Source of the DNA: Candidatus Kuenenia stuttgartensis | Lineage (GTDB): Bacteria > Planctomycetota > Brocadiia > Brocadiales > Brocadiaceae | Length of the DNA stretch: 32,000 bases | Reading direction: 5' to 3' | Assembly: GCF_900232105.1 (NCBI RefSeq) | Contig: NZ_LT934425.1 | Location: forward strand, 1,560,001-1,592,000 | Part shown: positions 28,634-32,000 of the stretch, one piece after another | Layout: each line of letters begins with the position of its first letter | Numbering within the stretch: the stretch's first letter is position 1 | Translations under genes and position numbers: made by a program | Notes under the pieces: generated by a model | The model's input: the letters and a program-made list of their open reading frames with translations, nothing else | Told to the model about the DNA's origin: nothing | Database searches by the model: none

Positions 28634-30733
28634 CTATACTTCGGCCTCAGTTTTCACTTTTTTATCTCCCAGGTTTGCCAGCCAAAACACAAATGCCACC
28701 AAGCCAAGGAATAACGCCACAATCAAGCCAACAATCCTTCCCATATAAGCAAGCGTCGGAGTATACGCCCCTTGAGATGTATCCTGCATAAGCCCGTATA
28801 CATGCCAATCCATACGCAAGCCAGAGCGAATAAACCCCATAAGCCCCATCAAAATGACAATTACTATACATAGCATTAGCAATGCATATTGAGACCTTAC
28901 TGGCATTTTACCCCAAACTATGTCACCCACGACTTTTGCTTTACGGAATACCAAAATATCAATAACCGTATTCATAATCAAACAGCTCATCACAATCGAA
29001 ACCTGGGTCACAGATAAATAGCGTAGCACAATATTAGCCTTCTGCATAACCTGAAAACCATAATACCAAAAATAGAGCACGGCAATGCCTGCCGTCACCA
29101 GAAACAACATGGATTGCGCAAGCTTGCCTTTATTCCTGAATGTTAAAAAGGCAGCAAGACAAACAGCAAACGACTGTATATAAAGTGCTGTGACCAATGG
29201 TTTCACATAAATCTTCGTTTGTGCTTCCAGATCGACAAAACTTAACGAAACCGCATAAGAAAGCAGCATCAGCAAACAAAAGCCCAGCGCAGAGAAAATA
29301 CCTATCATGCCCACCTTGCCTTGCTCAGAAAAGCGTACTGTCTCGCCCTTATTACTTCTGCGATATATGAGAAAAGAAAAAAATGTCGACAAAATAATAA
29401 GATTTACCACTGCATTCTTGGCAGCCATGACCCCAAAATATTTTGAGAAAGGATGATACTGCTCGCCAATCATCGCCCTTTCTTCTCCGCTGAGAGGTAG
29501 ATTATGGGGGGTAAGCCATACTGCAAAACACATAAAAATAACAACATTAAGGTATTTAATATACCCCGTGTACCTCTCTGACCCCTTTATCCTTCCCATC
29601 CCAAGCCATAAATAATAGTTAGCGCCTATAAACAACATGCCGATAAGTATCGCCTGGATAATAAATGTCCATGAAAAAGCCCCACCCATCATAATATTGC
29701 CCATCACAGGACTAGCACTATAAACCTCACGTCCCAGCCAATATCCCGCAAAAGGCAATGGAATTAATGCTCCAATACCTATAAAATTCCCAACATAGCC
29801 CATCCAGTCATAATGCGCCCTTTCTTCTTTGGTCTTCGAATTTAAGAATTTAACCGCGGCATAAGCACCGACCACAAAACCGCCAAAACATACATTCGCA
29901 ATCAAACGATGAAGATTGACGGGCATCCACAGCTCATTATAAAATGCTTCGTACAAACTCAGCAGCCTGCCAGTTTTCATACTAACACCTGAAGGACTCA
30001 TCATATATGTCGCCCATGAATTAGTTATAAACATAAGCCCTGTGCCAAAGAGATTAAGCATGATGCCAAGCGCAATGTGGCACCACTTCTTCGTCGAAGT
30101 CCCTTTTAGGACATCCCACGAATAATAGTAACCATACAATGTGAACGCCTCGCCAAAAAACATTAGCGAATAGACATACATTGTTGGAGCAAACACACTG
30201 GTCAAATGGCTCATAAATTCAGGGTATAAACCGAACAAACAAAAGGCCAGCAGCCCCCCTAGCGAGGCTGTTGTTGCAAATGCAGCAGACAACAACTTGG
30301 TAAACTCCTTCGCCATCTTATCATATTTTATATCGCCGCTTTTAAATCCAACGATCTCGACAATAACCGCAAATATTGGCACACCAAGTACAAATGCTGC
30401 GAACATCAGATGCAGCTCAGACACGATCCATACAACCACACGCGAATCCAGTCCAAAGAATGACCGGTATTGAACCGGCTCCAACTCACCCTCTTCTTCG
30501 GCTGGCGCCGCGCCTTCTACCACACCTTCAGCAGTACCCTCCGCAGATTGCGGCGCTCCGGAATCCGTCTCGCCCTCAAACGCAGGCAATTCAACACCGA
30601 TGTCTTCAGCATGCGCAACAGAGAGCAGCGAGATATCCTGCCGGAAAAAAGAAAGAGCCGCACCGAATGCAATAACCAACAAAAGTACAAAAATGCTTTT
30701 TTGCTTTATCGACAATAACTTATAATTATTCAT
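28634..30733 (-). CDS. Cytochrome bd-type oxidase subunit I-like (CydA-like) polytopic membrane protein with acidic N-terminal extension
   Basis: 699 aa; many TM helices; ELHLMFAAFVLG, MFFGEAFTLYGYYYSWDVLKG, NSWATYMMSPSGV, NLHRLIANVCFGGFVVGAYAA, AKYFGVMAAKNAVVN resemble CydA elements. No GRQPW quinol-site motif and no cydB in the window. Confidence 0.75.
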   Translation of the reverse strand: MNNYKLLSIKQKSIFVLLLVIAFGAALSFFRQDISLLSVAHAEDIGVELPAFEGETDSGAPQSAEGTAEGVVEGAAPAEEEGELEPVQYRSFFGLDSRVVVWIVSELHLMFAAFVLGVPIFAVIVEIVGFKSGDIKYDKMAKEFTKLLSAAFATTASLGGLLAFCLFGLYPEFMSHLTSVFAPTMYVYSLMFFGEAFTLYGYYYSWDVLKGTSTKKWCHIALGIMLNLFGTGLMFITNSWATYMMSPSGVSMKTGRLLSLYEAFYNELWMPVNLHRLIANVCFGGFVVGAYAAVKFLNSKTKEERAHYDWMGYVGNFIGIGALIPLPFAGYWLGREVYSASPVMGNIMMGGAFSWTFIIQAILIGMLFIGANYYLWLGMGRIKGSERYTGYIKYLNVVIFMCFAVWLTPHNLPLSGEERAMIGEQYHPFSKYFGVMAAKNAVVNLIILSTFFSFLIYRRSNKGETVRFSEQGKVGMIGIFSALGFCLLMLLSYAVSLSFVDLEAQTKIYVKPLVTALYIQSFAVCLAAFLTFRNKGKLAQSMLFLVTAGIAVLYFWYYGFQVMQKANIVLRYLSVTQVSIVMSCLIMNTVIDILVFRKAKVVGDIVWGKMPVRSQYALLMLCIVIVILMGLMGFIRSGLRMDWHVYGLMQDTSQGAYTPTLAYMGRIVGLIVALFLGLVAFVFWLANLGDKKVKTEAEV

Positions 30734-30790
30734 TAATGGTACGCCTTTTCACAAGTAAGTTACACAAACCATAAAAACCCATCATCACAC

Positions 30791-31534
30791 TTATTTTTTC
30801 TGATACACAAAATCTACGACCACTTCCCCACCGGCCGTTACGACAGCCTCACTCTTTCTCTTACCCAGCTTCTCTTGCCATACTGATATCTCATACGTAC
30901 CGGCAGGAACATTGTCTATCCTGAATTTACCATCAGCATCCGTAACCGCAAAGTAAGGATTCCCCTTCACCAAAAGGTACGAACTCATCCACTTATGAAC
31001 ATCACACGTTATTTTCACTATTTCAGGAACATCAAACTTCTTTACCATTTTGCCATTACCGGAAACACCTTCATTAAAAGCAGGGTTTCTAATCGACCAT
31101 GAGTGCAGATTATGCATAATGGGGTCACTGTTCAGCAAATTCACTTCGGTACCCGCACACACCGCAACAACGTGTGGTTCAAATACGCAGCCTTTCTGGT
31201 CCAAGGAAACAGGAGTCGTATCCAATGCCTTTCCAACCTCAATACTGTCCAAAGACACAACCGCATTCTTGATGCCCATATTGCCCGAATTAATCACCAG
31301 ATCTTCTGACGCCTTCAACCCATGACCACATGTCTGCTCATCTTTATCAATCTTCAACATCTTTGCGGCAGGCACACCACCCTCAAGCTTTACCGTACCT
31401 GCAATTGTCCCGCCGTTTTTCACTTCAATCACATTATAAACAGGCGCTTTCCCCTTTGCCATTACCGTTTGATTAACGCTCACCAAACTTAGCACAATAC
31501 CACTTACCAAGATAACAATGTTTAAGCTTTTCAT
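30791..31534 (-). CDS. Exported cupredoxin-like / carboxypeptidase-regulatory-like domain protein, first gene of the cluster
   Basis: Track ORF to 31549; likely start MKSLNIVILVSG. DPIMHNLHSWSIR ... KITCDVHKWMSSYLLVKGNPYFAVTDADGKFRIDNVPAGTYEISVWQEKLGKR, parallel to 11850..12578. Confidence 0.78.
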   Translation of the reverse strand: MKSLNIVILVSGIVLSLVSVNQTVMAKGKAPVYNVIEVKNGGTIAGTVKLEGGVPAAKMLKIDKDEQTCGHGLKASEDLVINSGNMGIKNAVVSLDSIEVGKALDTTPVSLDQKGCVFEPHVVAVCAGTEVNLLNSDPIMHNLHSWSIRNPAFNEGVSGNGKMVKKFDVPEIVKITCDVHKWMSSYLLVKGNPYFAVTDADGKFRIDNVPAGTYEISVWQEKLGKRKSEAVVTAGGEVVVDFVYQKK

Positions 31535-31609
31535 CACTCCACCCTCCATACTTCCAAATATCCAAAATTAACAACAGAAACCATCTGTTAAATGCACAAC
31601 AAAATACGA

Positions 31610-31635
31610 ATCATATCAAAACGGTCGGATATGAT
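31610..31635. repeat. 8-bp inverted repeat upstream of the nxr-associated cluster (possible operator)
   Basis: ATCATATC (31610-31617) / GATATGAT (31628-31635), 10-nt spacer. Confidence 0.45.
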
Positions 31636-31936
31636 ACTTTTGCAAAATTAAATTGTCAACCAGAAACTTACAGACAAACCGGTAAAAATTCTCCGACACG
31701 TGAAATTTCAGCAATAGCCAAAACACACGTACAATATGCGTGCCTTTTTCAAAAAAAATATAAAAAAATAAAATAAATTGTGTAACTAATGAATCTTCAA
31801 TTTCTTAGTTTCTCGAAAGGGGAAGGGTAGTCTATCACGACTCAAAAAAATGAGTTTCACAAATGAAATGACCGTTTCGCTTTTACAATGCAAGCCTTTC
31901 AGCGTAACGATGAAAAAATTTTTGTACTTTTTATTA

Positions 31937-31999
31937 TTAGTTTAACGTTCTTTTCAAAATTTCAATGTCTCTCGGTTTTATTGTTTTCCCGGACTCCAC
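31937..31999 (-). CDS. Possible C-terminal fragment of a minus-strand gene entering from the right edge
   Basis: Reverse-complement frame reads VESGKTIKPRDIEILKRTLN-stop; too short to assign. Confidence 0.25.
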   Translation of the reverse strand: MESGKTIKPRDIEILKRTLN

Positions 32000-32000
32000 A

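Noticed and set aside
28662-28871. 69-aa minus-strand ORF (and 28462..28791 plus-strand ORF)
   Set aside because: Out-of-frame shadows of the bd-like gene with no independent support.
1-32000. CRISPR arrays, tRNA/rRNA genes, transposases or phage genes
   Set aside because: None seen on reading; no regularly spaced repeats and no mobile-element protein motifs.

Overview
The gene content fits an anammox planctomycete (Ca. Kuenenia/Brocadia-like). The left third (1-11.8 kb) is housekeeping: kbl (cut by the left edge)-tdh, rsmE, rnfB-like, ilvB, spoVG-like, ispE, rsmD on the minus strand, then prfB, glyA, gpsA on the plus strand. prfB is split by a classic programmed +1 frameshift (CTT TGA T), so the ORF track shows only its 3' part. 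The right two thirds (11.8-31.6 kb), all minus strand, is a nitrite oxidoreductase (NXR) gene cluster. In transcription order it encodes: a cupredoxin-like protein, a cytochrome bd subunit I-like membrane protein, five c-type cytochromes (one fused to an NxrC-like EB_dh domain), a tandem USP protein with a C-terminal PCP_red-like domain, a cytochrome c'-like monoheme protein, NxrC, NxrB, a TorD/NarJ-like chaperone, an uncharacterised HExxH protein with a possible Cys4 metal site, Tat-exported NxrA, and a second cupredoxin-like protein. The nxr locus is known from anammox genomes. The less described parts are the HExxH protein inside the nxrCBA block, the USP-PCP_red fusion, the bd-like protein with no CydB, the cytochrome c/EB_dh fusion, a heme-less cytochrome c-like domain, a SpoVG with an inserted zinc ribbon, and a perfect 16-bp inverted repeat just after nxrA. 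I saw no CRISPR array, rRNA, tRNA or transposon. All homology calls come from reading motifs, not from database searches.
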